A DNA stretch of 41,794 nt from a bacterium. GTDB taxonomy: Bacteria; Sysuimicrobiota; Sysuimicrobiia; Sysuimicrobiales; Segetimicrobiaceae. Made by a program: the position numbers and the translations under genes. The notes below the pieces were generated by a model that ran no database searches, had not been told where the DNA came from, and saw only the letters and a list, made by a program, of their open reading frames with translations. Positions within the stretch are counted from its first letter, which is position 1, and every line of letters starts with the position of its first letter. The stretch lies in assembly GCA_035488355.1 (NCBI GenBank), contig DATHLI010000131.1:1-41794 (forward strand), read 5' to 3'. Of the stretch, positions 15,721 through 24,763 are shown in pieces.

Positions 15721-16986
15721 CTATCGACGGTATCGCTCGAGCACATCGGCGACGGCGTCGACCACATCGTCCACGTCGTCATCGGACATCCTGGGAAAGA
15801 GCGGCAGCGACACGAGGCGCTGATACTCGCGGTAGGCAACCGGAAAGTCCTCCCGCCGGTACCCGTACTTGTCCCGGTAGTACGGGTGCAGGTGCACCGG
15901 GATGAAATGGACGCTGGCGCCGATCTTCCGGGCCCGCAGTTCCTCGATGAAGCGGTGGCGGATCGCCGCCGCGGAGGTGTCCGCGCCGGGGAATCGCAGC
16001 CGCTCGGTGCGGAGGCGGAGCGCGTAGAGGTGCCAGGCGTGCTCGACCTCCGGCCGCTCGGGGGGCGTGTCGACCTCGGGGAACGTGGAGAAGGCCTGCG
16101 TATAGCGCCGGACGATGGCGCGGCGGCGCCCCTGAAAGGCCGGCACCTTCCGCAGTTGGTGCAGGCCGATCGATGCCTGGACGTCGGTCATGTTGTACTT
16201 GAATCCTGGATGGAGGACCTCGTAGTACCAGGACCCCGTCGCGTCGTATCGCTTCCACGCGTCCCGGCTCATGCCGTGCAGGCTCCAGGGACGCGCGTCT
16301 TCCACAAGCGAGGGGGCGCCGGTCAGCATCCCCCCCTCCGCCGTCGTGAGGTTCTTCGTGGCGTAGAACGAAAAGCAGGTCAGGGTGCGGGGGACGGCGG
16401 CATCCGCCGCCCAGGAGCCGACGGGGCGGGTTCGGTAGGCCGCCCCCAGCGCGTGCGCGCCGTCCTCGATGACGTCGAGGTGGAAGTCGCGCGCCAGGCC
16501 CAGGATCGCATCCATCTCGTAGGGATGGCCGTGCAGGTGGATGGGCAGAATCGCCTTGATCGGGCCATCCTGGCCCTGCGTGCGGGCATCGCGCCCCGCC
16601 CGCGCCAGCGCGGCCTCGACCTGATGGGGCGCGATGTTCAGGGTATCCGGTTCCACATCGACGAGCAGGGGGCGCGCGCCCACGTGCTCGATGACGTTCA
16701 CGCTCGCGCAGAACGTCATCGGCGACGTGATGACCCGATGGCCGGGGCCGACCCCCAGGGTCACCAGCGCCAGGTGGAGGGCGGCGGTGCACGAATTCAC
16801 GGCCAGGGCCGCCGGCGCGCCCACGAAGCGGGAGAAGTCTTCCTCGAATTGCTTCACCTTCGGGCCGGTGGTGATCCAGGCCGAGCCGAGCGTCGCGGCG
16901 ACCTCGGCGATCTCTTCCTCACCGACGGCGTGGGCGCAGAACGGCAGCTCGGTGCTCCGAACCCTCCGTTGCAGGACTTCGCGCAT
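15721..16986 (-). CDS. DegT/DnrJ/EryC1/StrS-family PLP-dependent sugar aminotransferase
   Basis: The track ORF is trimmed to ATG 16986 (MREVLQRRV...). It contains ITTGPKVKQFEEDF, NSCTAALHLAL, IEDGAHALGA and SFYATKNLTTAEGGM (PLP Lys). Confidence 0.9.
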   Translation of the reverse strand: MREVLQRRVRSTELPFCAHAVGEEEIAEVAATLGSAWITTGPKVKQFEEDFSRFVGAPAALAVNSCTAALHLALVTLGVGPGHRVITSPMTFCASVNVIEHVGARPLLVDVEPDTLNIAPHQVEAALARAGRDARTQGQDGPIKAILPIHLHGHPYEMDAILGLARDFHLDVIEDGAHALGAAYRTRPVGSWAADAAVPRTLTCFSFYATKNLTTAEGGMLTGAPSLVEDARPWSLHGMSRDAWKRYDATGSWYYEVLHPGFKYNMTDVQASIGLHQLRKVPAFQGRRRAIVRRYTQAFSTFPEVDTPPERPEVEHAWHLYALRLRTERLRFPGADTSAAAIRHRFIEELRARKIGASVHFIPVHLHPYYRDKYGYRREDFPVAYREYQRLVSLPLFPRMSDDDVDDVVDAVADVLERYRR

Positions 16987-16988
16987 CC

Positions 16989-18269
16989 CTATCCCCCCTC
17001 TCCACGGCCGGCGGCCTCGTAGACCGCCGCCAGCATCCCCAGGGCGATCCACAGCGATCGATAATGCTCGCCGTTCGAGACGAGGCTCTGGCCCAGAACG
17101 GCCAGGATGATGGCCAGGGCCGGCTTGGCAACCGCGGCGGCGGGCCCTCGGCCGAGCACCACCGCATCCCGAATCGCGAGACCGAACAACCAGGCAAATG
17201 CGGCGAGCCCGACCACCCCAAGCTCTGCCGCGATGGAGAGATAGGTATCGTGCACGGGCTGGCGCCTCCAGCCGTGGACCGTCTCGGCGTACCCGGGGAA
17301 CTGGCCGTCGCCGATCCCGAGCACCGGCGAGGTGGAGAACGCCTCGATCGCCATGGCCCGCAAATACTCCCGGTCCTCGATGTTCGGTCCCTGGCCCGAC
17401 ACGATCGTGGCCACGCGCCCCGCGATGAATGGGTTGGCGTGCCAATAGGCGACGGCGCCCCCGCCGGTCAGCCCGAGCGCCACAAGCGCCGGGATGAGGC
17501 GCCTCCACGACCCGGACGCCGGACGGCGCCACCTGAGGAGCACCGGAAACGCGAGCGCCGCGCCCAGGATGGCCCCGCGCGACCCGGTGGCGAGGATCCC
17601 CACCAGGAGGAGCGGCGTGGTGAGCCAGAGCGGGACCCGGAGCCCGGGCGGGTTCCCATCACGCTCGTCCAGCCGGGCGAGCATGACGGACAGAAACACG
17701 TTGAACGCGAGGTAGTCGGCGTACAGGTTCTCGTTGGGAAACGGACCCCCCGGCCGGACGCCCCAGGCCATCAGGCTCTCCCGGATCGTGATGATCGAAA
17801 AGAGGCTCGCGGCCAGGATCGACACGGGAGCAAACACCCTGAGGCCCGCGCTCGGGGCGCGGCGGAGCAGGACGTAGACGGCGAGCATCCATGCGGCGCT
17901 GCCGCCGACCCTCACGATCTCCAGGACGCCGGCGAGCGGAGTGAAATACGCGGGCGCCTTCTCCGGCGCCGCCAGAGGCACCAGCAGGGACGCGAGTCCG
18001 GCGAGCATGAGCCCCACCGTCGGCGGGAGGTATCGGGGAAAGGCGATCCGGTCCCAGAGGCAGCTCACGAAGAAGCCGAGGAAGACGATCGCCACGACGA
18101 TATCCCCGAGGCTCGCATCGATGACCGTCCCGGCGGTCCCCGTGTCGTAGTGGAACGGGTAGGCGATCGCGAGCGCGACCAGCAAGGTCTCCCGCAGTCC
18201 CCACGGCCGCCGCGCCGCCGGCGCCACCGGGAGCTCGCGCGCGTGAAGCACCGCCTGGGCGGCGTTCAT
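16989..18269 (-). CDS. O-antigen ligase/polymerase-like (Wzy_C domain) membrane protein
   Basis: About 10-12 TM segments. The LATGSRGAILGAALAF motif is characteristic of the WaaL/PglL/Wzy_C family. ATGA overlap with the upstream gene. Confidence 0.75.
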   Translation of the reverse strand: MNAAQAVLHARELPVAPAARRPWGLRETLLVALAIAYPFHYDTGTAGTVIDASLGDIVVAIVFLGFFVSCLWDRIAFPRYLPPTVGLMLAGLASLLVPLAAPEKAPAYFTPLAGVLEIVRVGGSAAWMLAVYVLLRRAPSAGLRVFAPVSILAASLFSIITIRESLMAWGVRPGGPFPNENLYADYLAFNVFLSVMLARLDERDGNPPGLRVPLWLTTPLLLVGILATGSRGAILGAALAFPVLLRWRRPASGSWRRLIPALVALGLTGGGAVAYWHANPFIAGRVATIVSGQGPNIEDREYLRAMAIEAFSTSPVLGIGDGQFPGYAETVHGWRRQPVHDTYLSIAAELGVVGLAAFAWLFGLAIRDAVVLGRGPAAAVAKPALAIILAVLGQSLVSNGEHYRSLWIALGMLAAVYEAAGRGEGG

Positions 18270-19015
18270 GATCCCCGCACCCGCGCCTGGACGGGACGGC
18301 GGCGGGCCCAGAGGTGCTCGATGCGCGCGGCGAGCGCGTCCGCATGCGCCTCGACGCCGTCCCCGTTGTTGTCCACCGTCGTCACGTCGACGCCCTGGGG
18401 TTCGGTCGACAGCCCCTCGACGAACCGTCGGAGCTCCTGCCAGATCTGGACGGCTCTGACGAAGGCGTGAGGGTCGTCTGCCGCTACGCGCTCGAGACGG
18501 GACCCCCCAAATGGACGGCCGGCCAGACGCGCCGCGGCGGTCGCCGGGCGGACATCGACGATCACGACCAGGTCCGGGCGCGGAAACAGCGGATACAGAT
18601 CGTGGAGCAGCGCCGCGAGGGCGCCGTTCCTGCCGGAGTACCCGATAGACCAGAGGGCCTGAAAGACGCCTTCGTCGAGCAGGACCACGTGTTCCCCCGG
18701 GCCGTTGTCCTCCATGACGCTGGAGACGAAGAGCCAGTTGTGCATGGCTTTCGCAGCGTCAACCAACGAGCGCTGTCCGGATGCCAGAACCGCCAGCCCC
18801 GACCGGTAGGCGCTGTGCGGCCTGGACAGGGTCCCCCTCAGGCCCCGCGCCATCTTCCGCGCGCGGACCCGCCAGGAGGTGTCGGGATACAACGACCCGA
18901 CGTTTTTCACGGCAAGGCCGCGCCGGGCCAGGCGGCCGGCGACCGCTCGGGCCAGCGTGGTCTTCCCCGCGCCGGGGAGGCCGACGAATTCGACGAGCAG
19001 ATGCCCCCGGGTCAT
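18266..19015 (-). CDS. Stand-alone P-loop NTPase, thymidylate-kinase-like, function unknown
   Basis: Internal start of the 18266..20236 ORF: MTRGHLLVEFVGLPGAGKTTLARAVAGRL (Walker A at the extreme N-terminus), VVLLDEGVF (Walker B-like), PDLVVIVDVRPATAAARL (lid). ATGA overlaps at both ends (19012-19015 and 18266-18269). Confidence 0.65.
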   Translation of the reverse strand: MTRGHLLVEFVGLPGAGKTTLARAVAGRLARRGLAVKNVGSLYPDTSWRVRARKMARGLRGTLSRPHSAYRSGLAVLASGQRSLVDAAKAMHNWLFVSSVMEDNGPGEHVVLLDEGVFQALWSIGYSGRNGALAALLHDLYPLFPRPDLVVIVDVRPATAAARLAGRPFGGSRLERVAADDPHAFVRAVQIWQELRRFVEGLSTEPQGVDVTTVDNNGDGVEAHADALAARIEHLWARRRPVQARVRGS

Positions 19016-20517
19016 GCCGGCTCCCGCAGGATCCACCGCAGGCAGCCGGTCAGGCCGGCGTATCGGGCGGCGTGCGGGCGCAACAACCGGAGCAACCAGG
19101 TCCCGTCGCGGCCGAGGAACAGGCGGGGCGCGTGGTGGAGCAGCAGCGGGAGGGTCGCCAGGGCCGTCGCGGTCGCCACCGACAGCGTCAGCAGCGGCGG
19201 GGCCTGCCACTGTCTGAAGAGGGCGGACACCACCTCGAGTTGCAGCGCGACGACGAGCGCCAGCGCCGCTCCGGGGAGGTGCGCGCGCCAAAACTGCGCC
19301 CACGACAGATTCGCCATGGTGAGGGTCAGGTGGGCCATGAGGAGAAAATTGACCACGATGGCGCCGCTCACGCCGACCGCGACACCGGCAAGCCCCCACC
19401 GGGTCCCCGCCCATGCGCCCGCGACCACGAGCAGCGCATAGATGGCCTGCCGGGACGCCCGCCGGTAGACGGCGCCGGCGGCGCGGACCGTCGCGTCGCT
19501 GATCTTGTAGCTCGTCCGGAACAGCATCGCGGCGGCGAAGATCTGGAGGGGGGCCGTGATCCCGGTCCACTTGGGACCCAGCAGCACCCGGACAATTTCC
19601 GGAGCGAGCACCAGGAGGCCGGCGCTCACGGGAAGCGACACCAGGGCGATCAGGGCAACGGCGCGGCCGTAGGCCAGGCCCAGCTGCTTGGGGTCGTCCT
19701 GAAACCGGGCCATGCCCGGAAACAGGACTCTGTCGAGCACGTCGCCGATGTACATCGCCGGCATGACCATCAGCTGAATGGCCCGCCCGTACAGGCCCAA
19801 CGCTTCGGCGCCGAGCGAGCGCACCACGACAGCGCTGTCCCCCTGCCCGGCCGCGTAATTGGCGAGTTTGGCGAGCATCATGCCCCCGCCGAACCGCACC
19901 AGTTCCTGGAGGGCGCGCCGCTCCAGCAGGGGGATCATCGGATGCGGTTGGATGACGAGCAGGAACACGGCCCGCGCCACGATCTGCGCGCAATACGCGG
20001 CGACGAACGCCCAGAACCCAAAGCCGAAGAGCGCCAGCCCGATCCCGATCAGCCCGTATCCCAGCGCGTAGGTGACCGCGTCCAGGATGGCGAGCAGGCG
20101 GAAGCGCATCTTGCGCTGCAGGAGAAATTCCGCGACCGTAAAGGCGGCCTGCAGGGGGAAGCACAGCGACATCGTCCGGAGCACGGCCGCCAGCGGCTCC
20201 AATCGAAAGAACCGCGCCAGGAGGTCCGCGCTCCACCAGGTCAGCCCGAGCAAGGCCACGCCGCCCAGGAGCGACAGGGTAAAGGCCACGCGGATGTGGG
20301 TCATGCGAAGGTCCGGGATCTGCACCATCGCCGGCGCGACGGCGAACTGGGAGATGGTGACGGCCACGCCCACCACGACCAGCGCGGCGTTGACGATGCC
20401 AAAATCCCGCACGGTGAGCAGTCGGGCGAGGACGATCAGCACGAGCAGTTGTCCCATGCCGCGCGCTCCGGTTCCCATGAGGGTCCAGAGCAACCCGGAC
20501 AGCATCGTGTGGGCCAT
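19012..20517 (-). CDS. Wzx-like polysaccharide flippase (MOP superfamily)
   Basis: About 12-14 TM helices: MAHTMLSGLLWTLMGTGARGMGQLLVLIVLARLLTVRDFG... The start is uncertain: ATG 20517, or GTG 20622 which would overlap the upstream gene by 11 nt. Confidence 0.75.
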   Translation of the reverse strand: MAHTMLSGLLWTLMGTGARGMGQLLVLIVLARLLTVRDFGIVNAALVVVGVAVTISQFAVAPAMVQIPDLRMTHIRVAFTLSLLGGVALLGLTWWSADLLARFFRLEPLAAVLRTMSLCFPLQAAFTVAEFLLQRKMRFRLLAILDAVTYALGYGLIGIGLALFGFGFWAFVAAYCAQIVARAVFLLVIQPHPMIPLLERRALQELVRFGGGMMLAKLANYAAGQGDSAVVVRSLGAEALGLYGRAIQLMVMPAMYIGDVLDRVLFPGMARFQDDPKQLGLAYGRAVALIALVSLPVSAGLLVLAPEIVRVLLGPKWTGITAPLQIFAAAMLFRTSYKISDATVRAAGAVYRRASRQAIYALLVVAGAWAGTRWGLAGVAVGVSGAIVVNFLLMAHLTLTMANLSWAQFWRAHLPGAALALVVALQLEVVSALFRQWQAPPLLTLSVATATALATLPLLLHHAPRLFLGRDGTWLLRLLRPHAARYAGLTGCLRWILREPA

Positions 20518-20611
20518 GCCTCCGGCCCCGCGCGGTTCGTCCGACGCCGCCCCCGGGTCCGCCGCGCCCGGGCGGACAGACCCCGGTGCGGGCCGGAGGG
20601 TCGCGCTCAGC

Positions 20612-22675
20612 TCAGCCGGCACGGCCGGCGTCGTGCGGAACCCCGGCGATGACGAGGCCCAAGAGGCGCCCCCCCACGGCCTCGAGCTGCCGTTTCGCTC
20701 TCTGGGCCGCTTCCTGCGGAGTGACTCCGACCTGCACCACCAGCAGCACGCCTTCGACCAGCGGCGCCAGCACAGCGGTGTCGGCTACCGCGAGCACCGG
20801 CGGCGCCGCGACGACGATCACATCGACATCTTCGCGGTCCCGCTGAAGCCATGCCCGCATCTTCGGGCTGCTGATCAGGTCCCCCGCATTCCGCACCGGG
20901 GCGCCGGCGGCGAGGAAGGTCAGATGCTGAATCGTCGTTGCGCACAGCAGGTCGGCTTCGGCGATCTCCGCGCTCAACCACTGGGCGATCCCCACCCACA
21001 TCTCGCCCGGCGCGCGTGACACCGCTCGAGCACGCGTCAGGGACTGCGTCCGCAGATTGCCGTCGACGAGCCAGGCGCGCAGCCCAGCCTCGGCGAACGC
21101 GATCGCCAGTTGGTTGGCGACAAAATCCGCCATCCCGTCACCCCCGGGGCTGGCCACCAAGATCGTCCGCGGGAGCCTCGGACGGAGATAGAGCAGGTTG
21201 GCGCGAAGATACCGAAACGACTCCGCGACCGCCGGCGGCGCCTCGTGGGCCGCGCGGACCGACCACATGCGGCCCTCGCCCTCCGCCGGCGGGATCGAGG
21301 CCAAGACCGGCGCCCCCAGCGCCCGCTCGGCGTGATCGGCGCCCTTGATGGGATCGTCGATCTGTTCTTTGATCAGCGAGCCTCCGACACCCAGGAGCAG
21401 GCCGAGGCACGCCCCCAGAGCCACGCCCAACCATCGCGGCGATACCGGCCGGATCGGCGGTTGAGCGCTGTCGACAATGCGGACCACGCTGCCGATCGAT
21501 GCCTCCGCGACGAGCGCCTGCTGCAGCTTTGCCGTGAGCAGCTGGTGGGTGTCGTTGGCTTCTTTTTCGCTGCGGATCAGCCGGACCTCGGTGAGCTCGA
21601 GGGCGGGGAGGCCCTGCAGTTCACCTTCGTACCGGCTGATCTCGATGGTGAGCGCCTGGTCGCGCGCATCCAATGCGGAGCCGGCCACCTCATCCTGCCG
21701 CACCTGCTGGATCAGTTGCTGGTAGACCGGGTCCACGCCGTACCGGTCGATCTGCGGACCGTGCCCCAGCTCAACATCCAACCGGCGTTTCGTCTCCGAG
21801 ATCCTTGCCTCGACGTTGACGACCGCCGGGTACTTGCGCGTAAACTGGCCGTGCAGGCCGGACAACTCGATTTCCTCACTGGCGAGCTGCGTCTCGAGCG
21901 AGCTGATGAGCGGACTGGGCGTCCATTGGAAGGGTGAGATCTGGGCTTGGACGGCGAGGCGGCTGCGGGCCGCGTCCACACGACCCTTGACCTCCCGCGC
22001 CTGCACGCGAACGTCCACCCTCTGCGCCTCGAGCTGGGCGAGGCGATTGAGGCTCGCGACCGTCCGCTCGCTCAACGGCACGTTCCCGTACCGGGTTTTG
22101 AAGGCGACGAGGGCATCTTCGGCCGCGCGCAGCCTCGGGTCGACGATGACGAGCTGCTCCTCGATGGAGCGGCGCATCTCTTTTGCCCACGCGCGGCGGT
22201 CCTGCAGGTCCATCTCCACGAGACTGGCGGTGACCGCATTCGCGCCCGCGGCGGCCAGGCCGGGGGCGCGGTCTTCGACCGACACGCTGACGAGCTCGGT
22301 ATTCCACAGGGTCCGCACGCGCAGACGGCCGAGGAGGGCTTTGGCCCTGCGGGCGCCGATCACGGGGGCCAGCCGCGCAATGGCGTCGTCGCGCACGGTC
22401 TGGCTCTTCGTGAGGGCGACGAGCGTGGGGACGTCTGGGGACCCCATCCCCTGCAGCCCGCTTACGTTGGTGGCCACCCCCGGCTGGTCGAGGACCACCA
22501 CCGGGGGGTTTTTGGCCGCGGTAATCGTTGCGGACGCCCGGTACACCGGGCGCACAAACACTGAGCCGAGGATCCCCACCCCGAGCGCGATGCCGACGGC
22601 GCGAACAATGAACCGCCGCCGCCGGCGAAGAGCGTCGAGCACATCGCGAAGCCGCGTTTCGTAAGGACGGTTCAC
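20612..22675 (-). CDS. Polysaccharide co-polymerase (GumC/Wzz-type, PCP-2a architecture) with a degenerate C-terminal BY-kinase-like domain
   Basis: N-terminal TM plus Wzz region, then a long coiled-coil periplasmic part. PIRPVSPRWLGVALGACLGLLLG is the PCP proline motif plus TM2. The C-terminal P-loop-fold domain has ILVASPGGDGMADF, LVDGNLR and VIVVAAPP in place of the Walker A, A' and B motifs. Confidence 0.85.
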   Translation of the reverse strand: MNRPYETRLRDVLDALRRRRRFIVRAVGIALGVGILGSVFVRPVYRASATITAAKNPPVVVLDQPGVATNVSGLQGMGSPDVPTLVALTKSQTVRDDAIARLAPVIGARRAKALLGRLRVRTLWNTELVSVSVEDRAPGLAAAGANAVTASLVEMDLQDRRAWAKEMRRSIEEQLVIVDPRLRAAEDALVAFKTRYGNVPLSERTVASLNRLAQLEAQRVDVRVQAREVKGRVDAARSRLAVQAQISPFQWTPSPLISSLETQLASEEIELSGLHGQFTRKYPAVVNVEARISETKRRLDVELGHGPQIDRYGVDPVYQQLIQQVRQDEVAGSALDARDQALTIEISRYEGELQGLPALELTEVRLIRSEKEANDTHQLLTAKLQQALVAEASIGSVVRIVDSAQPPIRPVSPRWLGVALGACLGLLLGVGGSLIKEQIDDPIKGADHAERALGAPVLASIPPAEGEGRMWSVRAAHEAPPAVAESFRYLRANLLYLRPRLPRTILVASPGGDGMADFVANQLAIAFAEAGLRAWLVDGNLRTQSLTRARAVSRAPGEMWVGIAQWLSAEIAEADLLCATTIQHLTFLAAGAPVRNAGDLISSPKMRAWLQRDREDVDVIVVAAPPVLAVADTAVLAPLVEGVLLVVQVGVTPQEAAQRAKRQLEAVGGRLLGLVIAGVPHDAGRAG

Positions 22676-22718
22676 GGCCGATCACCCCCCATCCTGATCC
22701 ACGCAGGCAAGCCCCGAA

Positions 22719-23927
22719 TCACTTGAAGATGTAGGCGACCCCGGCCAGCACACTGGCGATCATCTGGAATCCCCCCATCCCCGTCATCGGGAGCACCAGG
22801 ACGTCCCCGGGCTGGACGGGGATGTCTCGGCTCGGATCGCGCGTGATCGCTCCCAGATCGGCGGTGATGAGCGTGTGTCCGTTCGGAAGAGCGGTCACCC
22901 GCGCGGGACCGGCGCTGACCTCCTGCGGGGTGTTGTCGCTGCGCCGCACGACAAAGGCGGACGCGGCGGTGCCCGGCCCCCGTTGCTCCGGGCCCCCGGC
23001 CATCGCGATGGCCTGGAGCAGCGTGACGTGGCCCTTCACCGGAAAGACCCCGGGATTCCTGACGTCCCCGATGACGTAGATCTTGTTGTCGACCTCCTCA
23101 GGGATGAAGAGCACATCCCCCGGGCTCAAGGGGATGTTGCGGTCCATCTCCTGACGCAGCAGCAGCCCATCTAGAAGGAGCGGTTCGGCCTTTCCGGATG
23201 CCCGCGCCAGCGAGGCCTGCATGACCGATGCGCGTTCCGTCAGCCCTCCCGCCAGCATCAGGGCGTCCAGCACGCGCATCTCGCCCTTCAGACGATACCG
23301 CCCCGGGCGGGCGACCTCGCCTTGGACCGTGACAAAGCCGGTCAGGTCCTCAGGGACCACCAGCGTTTCTCCGCCGGCGAGCGGCGCGTTCACCTCCGGC
23401 GCGCCCGCCATGGCCTGGGTCAGGTCGACGCGGAGGGCCGGCAGCCCAGGACGCAGGAGTTGCGCATCGCCGAGCGCTGCCGCTTCGGTGGGCCCGCCTC
23501 CGGCCGCGACGAGATCGAGGAGGCGCGTTCCCAGCGGGAGATCATAGGAGCCGGGGTGCGCGATCTGTCCGAGAACCGCGACACGCAGCTTTCGGTACTC
23601 TTTGATGGTCACCGCCACGTGCGGGTCGATAATGAACTCCGCGTAGGCCTTGGCGATGAGCGCGGTCAGGCGCTCGACCGACACTCCGGCGATACGGATC
23701 ATGCCGATGAGCGGAAGCGCGATCTCGCCGTCGGGGCCGACCACTCCCTGCCGGGTGAGATCGGGATAGCCCCACACAGAGATCTCGAGGAGATCTCCAG
23801 GGCCGAGCAGGTACCCGGCCGGAGGCTGGCCCATTGCGACGCCGTTCAGCGAACCGATCAGCAGACTGGCGATTAAGAACCCGGTCGCGGCATACCGATG
23901 GCTTCGTCTCAGCCCGTCGCGCATCAT
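22719..23927 (-). CDS. Wza/EpsE-like polysaccharide export protein (Poly_export plus several SLBB domains)
   Basis: Signal sequence, then YLLGPGDLLEISVWGYPDLTRQGVVGPDGEIALPLIGMIRIAGVS. Repeated SLBB-like units follow (VTVQGEVARPGRY, IYVIGDVRNPGVF). GGGAGGG lies upstream of the ATG. Confidence 0.85.
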   Translation of the reverse strand: MMRDGLRRSHRYAATGFLIASLLIGSLNGVAMGQPPAGYLLGPGDLLEISVWGYPDLTRQGVVGPDGEIALPLIGMIRIAGVSVERLTALIAKAYAEFIIDPHVAVTIKEYRKLRVAVLGQIAHPGSYDLPLGTRLLDLVAAGGGPTEAAALGDAQLLRPGLPALRVDLTQAMAGAPEVNAPLAGGETLVVPEDLTGFVTVQGEVARPGRYRLKGEMRVLDALMLAGGLTERASVMQASLARASGKAEPLLLDGLLLRQEMDRNIPLSPGDVLFIPEEVDNKIYVIGDVRNPGVFPVKGHVTLLQAIAMAGGPEQRGPGTAASAFVVRRSDNTPQEVSAGPARVTALPNGHTLITADLGAITRDPSRDIPVQPGDVLVLPMTGMGGFQMIASVLAGVAYIFK

Positions 23928-24238
23928 CGCCCTCCCAGTATTCAGGAAAAGGCTTTAAGGTAGAAACCTTCAGGACAAGGATGGAGTTTATGTGTACCAC
24001 GCGCGCCACGCCCCGGAAAAGCGTTCCAGTGGTTCTAATTGCGACGCCTTCCAGGCAAGGTTGGCGTCCGAAGGGTGTGAGCGGCGTACCTGCGAGAGGA
24101 CAGCCTGGATTAACCCTACCGGCTAGGCGAGGCGATCCACCCGGACACCCGCCCCCAGGCGTCTGGGCAGGAGGTCACAAAGATGAGAGGGCTGAGCGGC
24201 GGTAAGGGCCGGGGCTCGGGGACCGCCGTGAGATGCTA

Positions 24239-24763
24239 TCAGTCTGCCTGAGGCGGGGTGTTGGACGGATCCTTCTCTTTCAGAATGATCCGCATGACCG
24301 CGCGAATCTTGGGATCATCGCTGTTCTGAATTTCTTGCTCCTCCTCGTCCAGGCCGAGGAGCGTCTGATAGATGGTGAACGCCTCGGAAGAGACGAGCTT
24401 CTGGAGATGGTTTTCGAGGCTGAGCTTCCGCAAGAAGACCTCCTGCAGCCGGATCTTCCTGAACAGCCACACACAGCGCCGGTCGATTTCTTGAAGTGCA
24501 CTCGCCATCCCGAAGCTGAGGTCTTGCCGATCCCCGATTTCTCCCAGCCGCCGGAAGCATGCCGTGAGGTCTCGCGAAAGGAAGGTGAGCTCGGCGACGA
24601 CCGCCTCGAGCGGGATCGCATCGCGCCCGCCCTCCTTGACCAGGTAGAGAAACCGGCCCTCGAGGATATTCAGAATCGTCGAGAGTTCCTGCTGGATGTG
24701 CCGCAGGACGTCCTCGGAGTCATCGGCGACCGGCACGCGCGGCCCTGACGACTTCGCTGACAT
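24239..24763 (-). CDS. Hypothetical protein, paralog A of a locus-specific pair (about 174 aa; helical by composition, not modelled)
   Basis: Non-shadow composition (K/E/L/I-rich) with GC lower than its neighbours. Clear similarity to the 28537..29058 product, e.g. DLSFGMASALQEIDRRCVWLFRKIRLQEVFLRKLSLENHLQKLVSSEAFTIYQTLL versus DLSFSIIAALDGLDQWCLWLYRKTHLEQAFFEKLHLEQRLRTLISTDAYEVYQELL. Confidence 0.7.
   Translation of the reverse strand: MSAKSSGPRVPVADDSEDVLRHIQQELSTILNILEGRFLYLVKEGGRDAIPLEAVVAELTFLSRDLTACFRRLGEIGDRQDLSFGMASALQEIDRRCVWLFRKIRLQEVFLRKLSLENHLQKLVSSEAFTIYQTLLGLDEEEQEIQNSDDPKIRAVMRIILKEKDPSNTPPQAD

Noticed and set aside
13834-17022. Very long (1062 aa) plus-strand ORF. Similar long ORFs occur at 9568..11385 (+), 18781..20652 (+), 38845..40821 (-), 31919..33532 (-), 35269..36660 (+), 7174..8505 (-) and 40679..41644 (-).
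   Set aside because: All are antisense or out of frame relative to genes with unmistakable family motifs. Their products are Arg/Pro/Gly/Asp/His-rich with no motifs. This is the classic shadow-ORF pattern of high-GC DNA.
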